A stretch of 63,921 bases of DNA, filler included, from an uncultured Methanosarcinales archaeon (GCA_964604995.1; 4 parts of 4 records of this genome joined end to end with filler, not necessarily neighbours in it); one strand, 5' to 3'; counted from the first letter of the whole stretch, positions 29,964-41,234 are shown. Made by a program: numbers and translations. The notes: generated by a model from the letters alone, not told the origin.

Positions 29964-30710
29964 TTATTTCTTTTCAGCGATTATCAAGCCATATCTGAAT
30001 GTTTTAGATTTATAGCCACTACGCATTGCTGCGAATGCTTTTAAAAAATTTATAAAATGAGCACGATGCTTGCTTGCAATCTTCCACAAGGCAGGCTTTC
30101 TTATTAAATCAGCTCCAATATCCCATGTTCTGTATACATGCTGATTAAGGTCAATATAACTAACAATTCTAAAGTCGTTTTTCTCAAGGTATGTCATATA
30201 ATCAAGAGGTGTTGAAAGGCTTACCATCATGCCAAAATCTATTGGTTTAATGTATTTGTCATATTGTTGTTTTGAAAGATTTGTATCTTTGAACCAGTCG
30301 CATATGGCAAATCTTCCTTTGGATTTTATCAATTTAGACATTTTCTTGTAAAAATTTTCAGGATCATGCAAGTGAGGTAGAACTTCGATTGCAGTGGCAT
30401 AATCAAATTTTTCAGTTATTTTTATATCATCTGCATCATCAACTAAAAAAGAGGTTTTATCAGAAACTCCTGCTTTTTTTGCATTTTCAACAGCCATCTG
30501 AACTTGATCAGGCGCAACTGTGAATCCTGTAACGTTGCAGCCATAATTTTTTGCCAGCCAAATATCTGTGCCGCCAATACCACATCTTACATCAAGAACA
30601 TTACTTTTAGATTTCACTTGTAATTTATCAGCAATAAACTTAAGAAGATTATCCTGTGCAACTTCCTTGCTTTCTTTTCCCGTGATATAATACCCATGGT
30701 GGATATGCAC
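29964..30710 (-). pseudogene. Tocopherol/sterol-type SAM methyltransferase, probably decayed
   Basis: Begins directly at HIHHGY, with an in-frame stop 7 codons upstream. Motif I reads LDVRCGIGG instead of LDVGCGIGG. Confidence 0.55.
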
Positions 30711-30789
30711 TCCCCCTACTTCATTTTTTAGTTACTATATAATGATAAAAAATAGTTAGATTTAAATAGAATAATATTCACTCCTTTTC

Positions 30790-31377
30790 ATGAAAACCAA
30801 TGACGGTAGTCTGGAACTAGAACCTGGCGAGTGGTCTATTGTTCCGAATGATTCTGATAAAATAATTAAACTTGCACTTATGTTATGCACTGGTATATTT
30901 GCTTATCATAAAAAAAAGCAAGACGCACCTTATCTTATTATTCATAGTGGTCCCATTCAAGGAGGTGGTAGACCTGAAGTGATAATGAATGAGGTCATGG
31001 TTAAGCAGGAGTTTGCAGATGCTCCAGATAAACCCTACACAGAAAGTAAATCTCAAATATCTTTGCAGAATATAATAGAACAATACAAAAAATCAGTTAA
31101 AGGCAACTCAAGTATGCAGGATGACAACGACATACTTGGAATTTATATAGTAAGTGGTTCAAGTATAATCCCTACAGATCTTGCTATCCTTAGATATTTT
31201 TTTGTTAACAAACAAAACTATGATATTTCGGGTTCAAAATTAAATCAAATGGTTTGGATGAATATTTCTCCACACAAAAAAACTATTGAGCTGAATGATA
31301 TGGCCGAATCTCAGAAAATTATTGCGACAATGCAAATTGGGGTTAAATACCAACCCGCATATCAAAGTAAAATATAA
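30790..31377 (+). CDS. Hypothetical protein, possible CheD/CNF1-like Cys-His deamidase fold
   Basis: PGEWSIV...LALMLCTGIFAY.......LIIH pattern. Confidence 0.5.
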   Translation: MKTNDGSLELEPGEWSIVPNDSDKIIKLALMLCTGIFAYHKKKQDAPYLIIHSGPIQGGGRPEVIMNEVMVKQEFADAPDKPYTESKSQISLQNIIEQYKKSVKGNSSMQDDNDILGIYIVSGSSIIPTDLAILRYFFVNKQNYDISGSKLNQMVWMNISPHKKTIELNDMAESQKIIATMQIGVKYQPAYQSKI

Positions 31378-31575
31378 AATCCAAACAAAATCTTTTCTTA
31401 AACTGTTCTTGCAGTGATTTCTTGACAATAATTTAGATAAATTATTGGGGAGTATTTGTTTTTATTTAAAAATTATAAAAAATATACAAAATAAAAATAT
31501 CTAAAAAACTAAGCAGTTATTAAATGTTAGAAGCTTAATTCCCACTGATATATTTTATTTTTATTTAATAATCTT

Positions 31576-32136
31576 TTAGTTAAAATTCTGTTCGATTTTT
31601 GTTAGGTGTTTATATCCATACAATAAATTTATTATATCATAATCTTTGGCAAGATTTTTCATTACTTCAGGTATTAATTCTGTTTTAGAAAATTCAACAA
31701 TTGCAGTTATTGGTTTACTGTCAATAGGTTTTAATGGGTTTTTATCACCATATTCATTCATGACTATTAATCCAGTTGTGTCCACTTTTATACCTAATTC
31801 AATTAATTGCCTAATTGCTTGTTCAAGAGGAATGTATCCTAATTTTCCACTACAATCTGACACTTTATCTTTACCCTCTAAAATTATATCGCTAATGTTC
31901 ATATTTCCAGTTAAAGTGCTCATCCATATTCTTGGTTCCTTTATCAATAAATTTTCTGACACATCTGGAATTAGAGCAAGATAAGGATATCCAAAATTAG
32001 AGTGTACTGTTTGAATTCCTTTCATAAAAATATCTTTATCTTTTAAGTTTTTCTCAGGATTATACCCGATTAAATACCTTGTAAGTTCATCAGGTATGGC
32101 AAGATTAATAACATATAATTGTTTTTTTTCTGACAT
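31576..32136 (-). CDS. Hypothetical protein
   Basis: 186-aa ATG ORF with a TATA-like upstream element. Confidence 0.6.
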   Translation of the reverse strand: MSEKKQLYVINLAIPDELTRYLIGYNPEKNLKDKDIFMKGIQTVHSNFGYPYLALIPDVSENLLIKEPRIWMSTLTGNMNISDIILEGKDKVSDCSGKLGYIPLEQAIRQLIELGIKVDTTGLIVMNEYGDKNPLKPIDSKPITAIVEFSKTELIPEVMKNLAKDYDIINLLYGYKHLTKIEQNFN

Positions 32137-32227
32137 AGTTGTAACTTAATAGTAGTTATTTAAAAAGTTTTGTTATTTGATTATATCTTGTTATTTATTA
32201 TAACTTAACAAATTCAATTTCATTCTT

Positions 32228-33463
32228 TTATTTCTTTTTCTTTCCAGCTATTTTACGTATTACTATAACAATAACTATAAATCCTAGTATGGACCAGAAA
32301 AAGATGTAATCTTTGAAGATTGCTCTAAAAGCATCTTTCTTTTCAACTGTCAATGCAACTTTTGCAGTGTCCTGAAATTTTTTGCCTTGCATGTCTTCAA
32401 AGTCAATTAATAAATCCAAAGAATATGTTCCAGGAGTTGCATCCTTATCAACATCAACTACAAAATTGATTGGTGCATCTTTTTTTGCATCAATTGTTTC
32501 AACATATCTTACACTACCATCTGTTGAAAAAGGAAATTGCGGCAAGATTTTCACTTTAATTTTTTTTGCAATATCTGTTCCAGTATTTTTCAAATTTAAT
32601 TTTACATTGTTAGAATCTACATTGGCATATAATTTATCTGAACCTAAATCCGATGTTTCAAATTGTGCTTTTTTCTTGACAACTAGCATAAAATCAAATG
32701 CACTAGTTTTTTCAACTAAATTTTCATCAAGATATTTTACAATTAAACGCATTGGATATTCTTTAGCTAATGCATCTTTTGGAACTTCAATAGAAAAATC
32801 CAAAGTATTGGAATTTTTTGGTAGTATTACAGGAAATGAATTGCTTGATTTTGCCCATTTCACTTCTATTGGTGGATTGGCACTTAAAGTTGCCATAACT
32901 GATTGAGCTTGGTACCCGCCATTATTCTCTATTTTGAATGTTAATGATGCAACATCTCCTGGGTAAATATCTAAAGGCAATGAATTTATGATAATTGCAT
33001 TCATCTCTGGAGATCCTTGTACAAAAATATTTATTGTAGAAGAACTTGAAAACTGCACAAAATTATTTGATTCATAATCATTTGAAATTTTTACTTGATA
33101 AAAACCGCCATTTGCTGTTGGGTCTATCTTTAATGGAAATTCAACAGTTTTTATTTCTTCACTGCACAAATCTCCTGCTGGAATATTTGCAACTCCATCC
33201 ATAATAAATGGAAATCCAGCTGAAAAGGTTGTTGTTATACTTTGTGCGCACATAGCAGGTTCAGTTTCTTTTAAATTTACAACTAGTACAAAATTTTGAC
33301 CAACACTTACTGTTTTTTCTTTTATACTGTAACTAGAAACTATTACATTTGGTCTGACACTTGCTTGTGTTATAGGTAGTGACATAAATACTAGCATTGT
33401 AACAATTAAAATGATTAGTGCATTTGAAATTTTGTTATTTTTTTTCATAATTCTCTCCTCCAA
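32228..33463 (-). CDS. COG1361-like (S-layer-domain/CARDB repeat) exported protein
   Basis: Signal peptide, three Ig-like repeats (PGD..L...IENNG; LKNTGTD.A), C-terminal TM helix and Lys tail. Confidence 0.8.
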   Translation of the reverse strand: MEERIMKKNNKISNALIILIVTMLVFMSLPITQASVRPNVIVSSYSIKEKTVSVGQNFVLVVNLKETEPAMCAQSITTTFSAGFPFIMDGVANIPAGDLCSEEIKTVEFPLKIDPTANGGFYQVKISNDYESNNFVQFSSSSTINIFVQGSPEMNAIIINSLPLDIYPGDVASLTFKIENNGGYQAQSVMATLSANPPIEVKWAKSSNSFPVILPKNSNTLDFSIEVPKDALAKEYPMRLIVKYLDENLVEKTSAFDFMLVVKKKAQFETSDLGSDKLYANVDSNNVKLNLKNTGTDIAKKIKVKILPQFPFSTDGSVRYVETIDAKKDAPINFVVDVDKDATPGTYSLDLLIDFEDMQGKKFQDTAKVALTVEKKDAFRAIFKDYIFFWSILGFIVIVIVIRKIAGKKKK

Positions 33464-33516
33464 TCAAATTTATTTTTATAATATCTCTCTTTAATTAATA
33501 CTTATTTAGTGTCTAT

Positions 33517-35130
33517 TTAATCAAGTTCTCTTTTGAAAACTTTGAATGTTGCTCCTAAAATTAATACTAAAAATACAAATAAAATAAAAACAGGATACCA
33601 AACCATGCTAAGTGGAAGTCCTTTTGTCATAACTCCTCTTAGAGCTTCTCCAGCATAAGTTACTGGCAAGAATGATGCAATTCCTTGGAGAATTTTAGGC
33701 ATTGCTTGAATTGGGAAAAATGCGCCTGATAAAAACATAGTTGGTAAACTTACAAGCATGGAAAGTGCCATGTATTGTTGTTCACTTTGTACCATACTTG
33801 ATAATAGTAAACCTACTGCAGTTGATACAAATGCATAAATTATTAGTATTAGAAAAATCGCAATAAGACTTCCTGCTATTTTTATGTGAAACAAATTCAT
33901 TGCTATCATTATAATAAAGCTTGCTCTTAATGTTTCAAACATAACATAAAAAATAAGTGTGCCTAAAATTATTGTGGTGTTCGAAGTTGGCGTTAAAAAT
34001 ACTCTTGTAAGTGAACCTTCTTTTTTCTCTCCTGCTACTGCCCTACCCATACCCATTACTGCTCCTTGAAAAATAATAAGGGCGATGATGCTTGGGATTG
34101 CAAAATCTATTGCTTGTTTTCCTTGACCATAAGCAGGTTTTTCTTCATAAGCTAGTGGACTCATAATAGCATTTGCATCATAATTTTTAAATTCATTAAT
34201 CTGTTCTTTTGGGATAACATTGTTGTTGTAATAATTTTGATATTCTAGAAAATTGCTAACCTTTGCATCTGCTCTTTTTGATGTTAATTGACTATTTTCA
34301 ATATCTGCTCTTGCAGATGCAACACTTTCTTTGATAGATGACATAAATGCAATTTGTGATTTCCCAATTGCATAAGTTGCAGGCTCTGTTAAAAATACTG
34401 TATCAATTGAAAAATTTCCTCCAGTTCGATAAACTGTTGGCAAAACAAGTGCAGAAGGATAAGATAATGAAGCTTTAGTATTAGAAATGCTAATTGATAA
34501 AATATCTTCAGTTGCTTTAAGTTTTTGTGCTGCTATAATTGAATTTTGAGTAATTATTGGGTACTCATTTAACATACACACATTTGCATTTTCAATTATT
34601 GCAGTAGCCCTTGCAACAGATGTTTGAAAATAAATTATTTTTTTTAATCCTAATTCACTAGATGTTGCGCTTATTATTTTGCTTAATGTTTGTTTGGCAA
34701 TAGCAGCTACTGATGAATCTGATTCATCAACCATCACTGTTATTTTTGAAATTTTACCATCGTTAGTATTTAATTGTAATTTTGCAGGAATTATAATTAC
34801 TACAGAAACTTCACCTTTATCCAAAAGGATTTTACCTTCATCTTCACTGCTTACAATTCTTCTCACACTAAATATTTGTGATTGTGAAATTTTAGTCTGA
34901 ATGTTTTGCGATACTAAACCATTATCATATACAACTATTGCAGTTGATATGTGCTTTGGTGGAGTGCCTGATGTGTATCCAAAAATAAGTATCATAAATA
35001 TGGGAAATAAAAAAAGGGGAACTAATCTTGTCTTATCCCTAGTTATTACAATAAAATTTTTTTGTATTATTGCCCATATTTTTTTTATGTCAATTATTTT
35101 CTCTTCTTCGACATTTTTTCTTTTGTTCAT
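33517..35130 (-). CDS. ABC-2 exporter permease
   Basis: KNF....RD, EKKEGSL.R...TP, FLSGAFFPI..MP, LPVTY. Confidence 0.92.
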   Translation of the reverse strand: MNKRKNVEEEKIIDIKKIWAIIQKNFIVITRDKTRLVPLFLFPIFMILIFGYTSGTPPKHISTAIVVYDNGLVSQNIQTKISQSQIFSVRRIVSSEDEGKILLDKGEVSVVIIIPAKLQLNTNDGKISKITVMVDESDSSVAAIAKQTLSKIISATSSELGLKKIIYFQTSVARATAIIENANVCMLNEYPIITQNSIIAAQKLKATEDILSISISNTKASLSYPSALVLPTVYRTGGNFSIDTVFLTEPATYAIGKSQIAFMSSIKESVASARADIENSQLTSKRADAKVSNFLEYQNYYNNNVIPKEQINEFKNYDANAIMSPLAYEEKPAYGQGKQAIDFAIPSIIALIIFQGAVMGMGRAVAGEKKEGSLTRVFLTPTSNTTIILGTLIFYVMFETLRASFIIMIAMNLFHIKIAGSLIAIFLILIIYAFVSTAVGLLLSSMVQSEQQYMALSMLVSLPTMFLSGAFFPIQAMPKILQGIASFLPVTYAGEALRGVMTKGLPLSMVWYPVFILFVFLVLILGATFKVFKRELD

Positions 35131-35226
35131 TTAATTATTCCTTTTACATCATTTGATTAGCATCCTTAATTTTTTGATATAATCTTAATACATTTTAATT
35201 ACAATTATTTACACAACTGCTTATAC

Positions 35227-36165
35227 TTATTCTCTTAATTCTTTTTTAGTTAGATGAATAAACACATCTTCTAAGGAGTGCTCTTTAAATCTTATTTCGC
35301 TAATTTTCTCATTTCTTTTATGGAAAAAATCACTTAATTTGTAAAAAACTCCTTCTTTACTTTTAACATAAATATGAATTATATCTGCGTTACTATGTAC
35401 ACTTGTAACAAAAGGTAATTTTTGGATTTCATTTAATATTCTTTTACTTGGATTTTCCATTTCAACTTCAACTAATCTATCTGTTTTAATCATCTGTTTA
35501 ATTTGACTGCTATTTCCAGTTGCAATTATTTTTCCTTTATCCATAATACTAATTCTATTGCACACTTTTTCAGCCTCTTCCATATCATGTGTTGTGTAAA
35601 AAATAGTCATGCCTTGTTTGTTTAATTTCATTGTAAGTTCTCTTATTGCTATTCTGCTTTGTGGGTCAAGGCCTGTTGTTGGTTCGTCCATAAATAGTAT
35701 TAAGGGGTCTGACATTATTCCTGCCGCAAGTGAAAGTCTTTGTTTCATTCCACCAGAAAATGTGCCAGAAATTCTTGTTCTATGTTCATACAAAGATACA
35801 GTTTCAAGAAGCATTTTTGTTCTTTCTTTTATGAGTGTATCTTTCATACCATACAATTTTCCTATATAACCTAAATTTTCTTCAGGCGTTAATTCTGGAA
35901 ATAAAGAGAAAGTTTGTGGTACAACTCCTATTATACTTCTTACTTTATTACCCTCTTTAGAAATATCAAAATCTCCTACTTGAGCTATACCCATTGTTGG
36001 TTTAATTAATGTTGTTAACATGCTAATTGTTGTTGTTTTGCCAGCACCATTCGGACCTAAAAACCCAAATATCTCTCCTTCTTTTACTTCAAGATTTAAA
36101 CCATCTACAGCTGTAAAATTACCAAATTTTTTTGTAAGATTCTTGGTTTCGATAATATTTTTCAT
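35227..36165 (-). CDS. ABC exporter ATP-binding protein
   Basis: GPNGAGKTT, FSGGM, MDEPT, TTH, SLEDVF. Confidence 0.96.
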   Translation of the reverse strand: MKNIIETKNLTKKFGNFTAVDGLNLEVKEGEIFGFLGPNGAGKTTTISMLTTLIKPTMGIAQVGDFDISKEGNKVRSIIGVVPQTFSLFPELTPEENLGYIGKLYGMKDTLIKERTKMLLETVSLYEHRTRISGTFSGGMKQRLSLAAGIMSDPLILFMDEPTTGLDPQSRIAIRELTMKLNKQGMTIFYTTHDMEEAEKVCNRISIMDKGKIIATGNSSQIKQMIKTDRLVEVEMENPSKRILNEIQKLPFVTSVHSNADIIHIYVKSKEGVFYKLSDFFHKRNEKISEIRFKEHSLEDVFIHLTKKELRE

Positions 36166-36214
36166 TTCAGTTTCTCCGTATCAATTCATATCAAATATTA
36201 TTTGTGAGCTTATC

Positions 36215-36676
36215 TCATTTTTTTTCTTCTAATTTATCCATAATTTTTTGAGTATTTTCTATTGATCTATACAATTGATTAATATCTTCATTGCTTAATC
36301 CTGAAAGATTCTTTCTAATAATATCCTTTGCTAGTTTTTTGCTTTTTTCTAAATCAGTTATACCATATTGTGTTATTTTAATTTTTATGATTCTTCTATC
36401 TTTACTATCTGGTTGTCTTTCAACTAATTTTTTAACTATCATTTTATTAATTAAAGCAGTCATATGTGGCTTTGACATATATAATTTAGAAGCAACTAAA
36501 GACATGGGTATTGGGCCATAATTTTTTAAAATAATTAAAACTTTACATCTTGGATTTGCAATATGAAGATTTGAATTTTGTGAACCGCTCAATAGTTTTC
36601 TGTGAAATATTGGTATAAATTCCAACATACTTTTAGAAATTAAATCTAATTTATTCACAATCCTCGCCTCACACAC
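36215..36676 (-). CDS. MarR-family regulator
   Basis: LVER..D..DRR...I.IT..G. Confidence 0.9.
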   Translation of the reverse strand: MCEARIVNKLDLISKSMLEFIPIFHRKLLSGSQNSNLHIANPRCKVLIILKNYGPIPMSLVASKLYMSKPHMTALINKMIVKKLVERQPDSKDRRIIKIKITQYGITDLEKSKKLAKDIIRKNLSGLSNEDINQLYRSIENTQKIMDKLEEKK

Positions 36677-36725
36677 TTCAATTTTTTAATTAAAGCACTT
36701 TATCTTATGAATAGTTAATAAACTT

Positions 36726-36748
36726 AATAGTTAATATTGTTAACTATT
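36726..36748. promoter_or_regulatory. Probable MarR operator (9-5-9 inverted repeat)
   Basis: AATAGTTAA-TATTG-TTAACTATT, with an extra half-site at 36710-36718 and an adjacent TTTATAAA box. Confidence 0.7.
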
Positions 36749-36857
36749 TATAAAGTTTAGTATTTTATACTAATTTTTATTAATTTTAACAAATGAAATA
36801 TCTTAGTTCAAAATAAACTCACAAGATATTCTCTCTTTTAGATCATTGTGTTCTTTT

Positions 36858-38600
36858 TCATTTACTCTTTTTTCTTTTGTTAAATAATCTTGGATGTTTA
36901 GAAATCACATTATCAACGAGATTGGTTGATTTTAGGGTAAGAATTGCAATTACTACCAGTAAAAACAATGCAATTAAATGGTAAATCCAATTTAGCTTTA
37001 ATACAAATATTATTATTGGTAAAATTATCATTATCATAAAAATTGTGCTTATTATTATTATATTTCTTAGAATTTTTACTTCGTTTGTTTTTTCACTAGG
37101 GAATGGTCTTATGAAAAAGAAAGAAATATCTTTGAAAAGAGCTTTTGTGTATCTTGTAATTTTAAATGCAGAAAAGGAAATAAATATAAATAATATTGTT
37201 CCAAATATTAATGAGAGTCGTGGATTATATTCTACACCCAATAAACCAATTTCTTTTTCAGTACTATATTCAAAAAATAAAAAACCTGCTGATAAAACTA
37301 GCAGAAGACTAATTAAATTATTTTTTACTTTTTGCCAATTTTGTTGCATTTTCATATTTCTCATTCTATCAGAAAAAACTTGCCATGAAAGGGTATTTGA
37401 AAAAAAAGTTATTTTTGCTAAATCTTTTCTAAAAATAACAGGGACATTTTTCGCGACGAAAGAGTAAATTTCATTTTCTTTTGATATCAATAATGACATT
37501 GTAATAGCTGAAATTAAAATTATGGCTGCAGTTATGCTGACAAGATCAACCCCTAATCCTAAACCTGTTGATTCATTCGCGATAAGAAGTGAAAATTCCC
37601 CCATTGTTGCCATACTAAGGCCTGAAAAAATGGCTTTTCTACCGCTGAATCCTCCAAATAGTGATGTTCCTAATCCAATCATTAAAAATATCCCTATAAA
37701 AAAAATAAAAAATAAGGTAAGAATCAATATCCAATTTTGTAGCATAGCTTCAAAATGAACAAAACTTCCAATAGAAAAGAAAAACAAAGATGTGAAAGTT
37801 AACAAAAACGGACGAATTGCTTTTTGAAAAAGATTAGAATGTGGTAAAGATGCAACTATATTTCCTGCAAGAAATGCTCCAACTGTGGGGGATAAACTAA
37901 GTTTTATTGAAATATAAACCATTAACCCGCATAGTGTCAATGAAAGGAAAGTTACTGTCTCTTCAGTACTATACCTTATTAACCAATTTATGATGGGTCT
38001 TAATATTTTTTGTATTATTATATACGCAAAAAATAATAACAGGAAAGAGATAACAAGTTTAAATATTATCTTAAAAGGTTCAAGATCACTTGAATTATTT
38101 AATCCTGAAAAAAATGTCAACGCAAAAATTCCAAAGATGTCTTCAATAATAAGCAATGATACTAAAAGTGGCACTTCTTTTCTAGTTATCATGCCTTTTT
38201 GTTCTAATACTTTTAAGAAAATTACCGTGCTTGTTATAGAAACAATTGTGCCTATGAAGATTGAGGTAATTGTAGATAAACCAAATATAAATGAAACATA
38301 AAATCCCAAAAGAAACATTACTCCTATTTTTAATATGCTTATTGCAATAGCTTTGAAACTATATTTTATCAGTTTGTCAAGATTAAATTCTATTCCAACA
38401 GTAAAAAGTAAAAGTACTGCTCCTATTTCAGTAACAGTTCTTAGAAGTTCTGTATTTTTTATAAGGCCTAAATTATATGGTCCAATAATTGCACCTATAA
38501 GTATCAGGCCAACTACTGAAGGTTGTTTAAATCTTATAGCTAAAACTCCACCAATAACTGAGAATAATAAAATTAATCCTAATTCAATTGAAAAATCCAT
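36858..38600 (-). CDS. Cation:proton antiporter (CPA2/Kef family)
   Basis: KQP.VVG.I..G..IGP, LLF.VG.E, IIEDI, GAFLAG, GEFS. Confidence 0.92.
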   Translation of the reverse strand: MDFSIELGLILLFSVIGGVLAIRFKQPSVVGLILIGAIIGPYNLGLIKNTELLRTVTEIGAVLLLFTVGIEFNLDKLIKYSFKAIAISILKIGVMFLLGFYVSFIFGLSTITSIFIGTIVSITSTVIFLKVLEQKGMITRKEVPLLVSLLIIEDIFGIFALTFFSGLNNSSDLEPFKIIFKLVISFLLLFFAYIIIQKILRPIINWLIRYSTEETVTFLSLTLCGLMVYISIKLSLSPTVGAFLAGNIVASLPHSNLFQKAIRPFLLTFTSLFFFSIGSFVHFEAMLQNWILILTLFFIFFIGIFLMIGLGTSLFGGFSGRKAIFSGLSMATMGEFSLLIANESTGLGLGVDLVSITAAIILISAITMSLLISKENEIYSFVAKNVPVIFRKDLAKITFFSNTLSWQVFSDRMRNMKMQQNWQKVKNNLISLLLVLSAGFLFFEYSTEKEIGLLGVEYNPRLSLIFGTILFIFISFSAFKITRYTKALFKDISFFFIRPFPSEKTNEVKILRNIIIISTIFMIMIILPIIIFVLKLNWIYHLIALFLLVVIAILTLKSTNLVDNVISKHPRLFNKRKKSK

Positions 38601-38665
38601 AAATCATTTCTTTTTTTTTAAATTAATAAACTTTTGTTATTTTAATTGAACTATACTTCAAAAAA

Positions 38666-39385
38666 TTATTTTCTTTTTTTGTTTATATCATTTAATATTT
38701 CAAGCTGTTCCCCTTGTATTTCAAGAAGTCTTTGCCACTGATTTTGTGCAAGATGGTCTATTTTTTCATTAAGGTTTCTTATTTCAAGTTCAGCTTTCAT
38801 ATTTACTTTGTAATCATTTTGATTTCTTAGTCTATCCTTTGCTTCTTTTCTGTTTTGACTCATCATAATTACTGGTGCTTGTATGGCTGCAAGACATGAT
38901 AAAACTAAATTGAGAAGAATATAAGGGTAAGGATCATATGGTCTCCATAATAATATAAGTGAATTAACTAAAATCCAAGTAAAAAGAACAATTCCAAATA
39001 TTATTATAAAAGTCCAGGATCCGCCAAATTCAGCAATTTTATCGGATAATTTTTCTCCAAAAGTTAAAGTATGATCAAATTCTTTACCTATATCTTTCGA
39101 TATGGTTTCATGTCTAGCAAGGCTTGTAGCAACCTCCTTATCAAGTTTAGATAATTCACCTTTTTCGCTTTTTATTACATGTTCAATATAATCTTTTCTA
39201 AACTCATTTAATTCATCTCTGCAAATATATTTTTCATTTGACCACTGCGGAAATTTTGATTTTATTGTTTCAACTAATGAAGGTCTAATCACTAAACCAA
39301 GAATTGCATTATGGCTTGAAATTTTTTTATTGCATATTTGACATATTTGGTATTTATCAACTAACTTTTTTACTTCTTTTTTCAT
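38666..39385 (-). CDS. DUF1003 membrane protein
   Basis: FGGSWTF, DPYPYILLNLVLSCLAAIQAPVIMMSQNR. Confidence 0.92.
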   Translation of the reverse strand: MKKEVKKLVDKYQICQICNKKISSHNAILGLVIRPSLVETIKSKFPQWSNEKYICRDELNEFRKDYIEHVIKSEKGELSKLDKEVATSLARHETISKDIGKEFDHTLTFGEKLSDKIAEFGGSWTFIIIFGIVLFTWILVNSLILLWRPYDPYPYILLNLVLSCLAAIQAPVIMMSQNRKEAKDRLRNQNDYKVNMKAELEIRNLNEKIDHLAQNQWQRLLEIQGEQLEILNDINKKRK

Positions 39386-39508
39386 AAAGTTTTATATGTC
39401 ATTCAAGTATAAATACTTTTTGAGATAAATTAGAAGCTAAAAATCATTTATTCTTATTATTTTTTAAAGCCAAACCTTTATAAACAGTTTGTCATTGCTA
39501 AGTGGTTA

Positions 39509-40870
39509 ATGAATGAAGATAAAAATATTTTAACTCCTTTAAAATATGATGACAAGCTTAAAATTACTTTAGATACCTCTATTCAAGACAAAGATACTCA
39601 AGATAAATTAAATAAATTATTCTATGAAAAATATGAAGGATTAAGTCCATTTGGTGAAGGAATGAAATATCTTCCAATGACTTATGTATTAGCATTAGCC
39701 GATATAGTGAGCAATAATAAAAATAGTTTTGCTGGCAAATTCCATGCGGAAAGTGAAGAATACTTCAAAATTTTAAATATTAATCAAAAAGCAGTTTATT
39801 ATTTGGGTGGGACTTTAGGTGCAGTTCCTGCAGCACTGCCATTTTTAATGTTTTTTGGAACTATCCCCTTAGAAATGTCAAGATTAGCCATTAAACAATT
39901 AGGCAAAGCATATGAATTTACATTTAATGATTTTCCTGAATTGATTAATGACATAAAAGAAAAACCTCAATTATATATCAATGAGGAAGGTGTAAATTTT
40001 TATGGTGAAAATCATATAATCAATAAAGAACTTTTTATGCCACATATTCTTGTTCCAACAATAAATAGTTTAAATCACAAAGAAGCATATTCTTTAGGTA
40101 TTCGCACATTAATTTTAGATTGGGAAGCAACAGTTGCAAATCAAAAATCTAGAGTTGCACATTCTAAAATTATTGGTAATCTAGCAGATGCACTTTTAAA
40201 TTATGGTGAAGGCAATGTTTTTGTTTTAAGTAATTATGCAGGAAAACCATTTGACAAAGATTACGCTTATGCTAAATCAATTGAAGAAAACGTAACAAAA
40301 CAATTAAGGGAACTGAAAGGTTTTGAGAATACTAATGGAATTAAAGTAATTAGAAATACAACTATGAAACCTGGTTTAATGCCTGAATTAGAAGAAATTA
40401 CTAAAACTCCATTCTATCAAATGATGCTAGTTGATAATGATAAAAATACAGGAATTGCACTTGCAAATAGACACGGAATGTTAAGTGTCATGCCCATCTT
40501 TTTTTATCCTTTAGAAGGAGTAGATGGAATTAAATATGATCAACATAGCTTAAAAACAAGAAAACAAGCAGAAAAAATAATGTATCTAGCTAAAGGGGAA
40601 ATGGGAAATCCTATAACTGCACCAACTCAATTACTTGCAACAAAAGAAAATTTAGAAAAAATTGCACCTGGAAATATATTACCTCATGTTGGTAAACTTA
40701 GGTCAAAATTTTTAAAAAATTTAGGAATGGTATCTGGTTTTAGTAGTTATTATCCAACAGGATTTGTACAGCCTTTATATGTAGACGATGGAACATATAA
40801 TCATATCGATTATATGCCTGAAAATCTTAAAAAAATATTTACTGATATCGATTCTGATTTTTTTACAAAA
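39509..40870 (+). CDS. Protein with degenerate YqeG/Gep4-like HAD-IIIA domain, 3'-truncated at gap
   Basis: GIRTLILDWEAT, VLSNYAG, KPG, MLVDNDKNTGI..AN..G. Confidence 0.6.
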
Positions 40871-40970
40871 NNNNNNNNNNNNNNNNNNNNNNNNNNNNNN
40901 NNNNNNNNNNNNNNTTAATTAATTAANNNNNNNNNNNNNNNNNNNNNNNNNNNNNNNNNNNNNNNNNNNN
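40871..40970. other. Artificial contig linker
   Basis: 100 nt of N with a central TTAATTAATTAA. Confidence 0.97.
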
Positions 40971-41234
40971 TGATTTTGTCAATTTTTTATTGTTTGTTGG
41001 AATTTATAATTTATCTCCTAATGACCAATCTCTCTCTTTAAAAAATAAACTTTTAAATTATATTGCTAACAAAAGAATGCCTCACACAAAAATCGGAGGT
41101 AAGGATTTCGAATATACTTTTCAAGATGATGCTATTTCTTACAAAAATGTTGATAACTCAAATGAAAGTGAAAATTATAATCTTAAAGATTTGTTATAAA
41201 AAAATTAATAAAAAAGAAAATTAATTCATAAAAA

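Noticed and set aside
40990..41199. 69-aa ORF after the gap as a separate gene
   Set aside because: Probably the 3' end of a gene cut by the linker. No motif supports a call.
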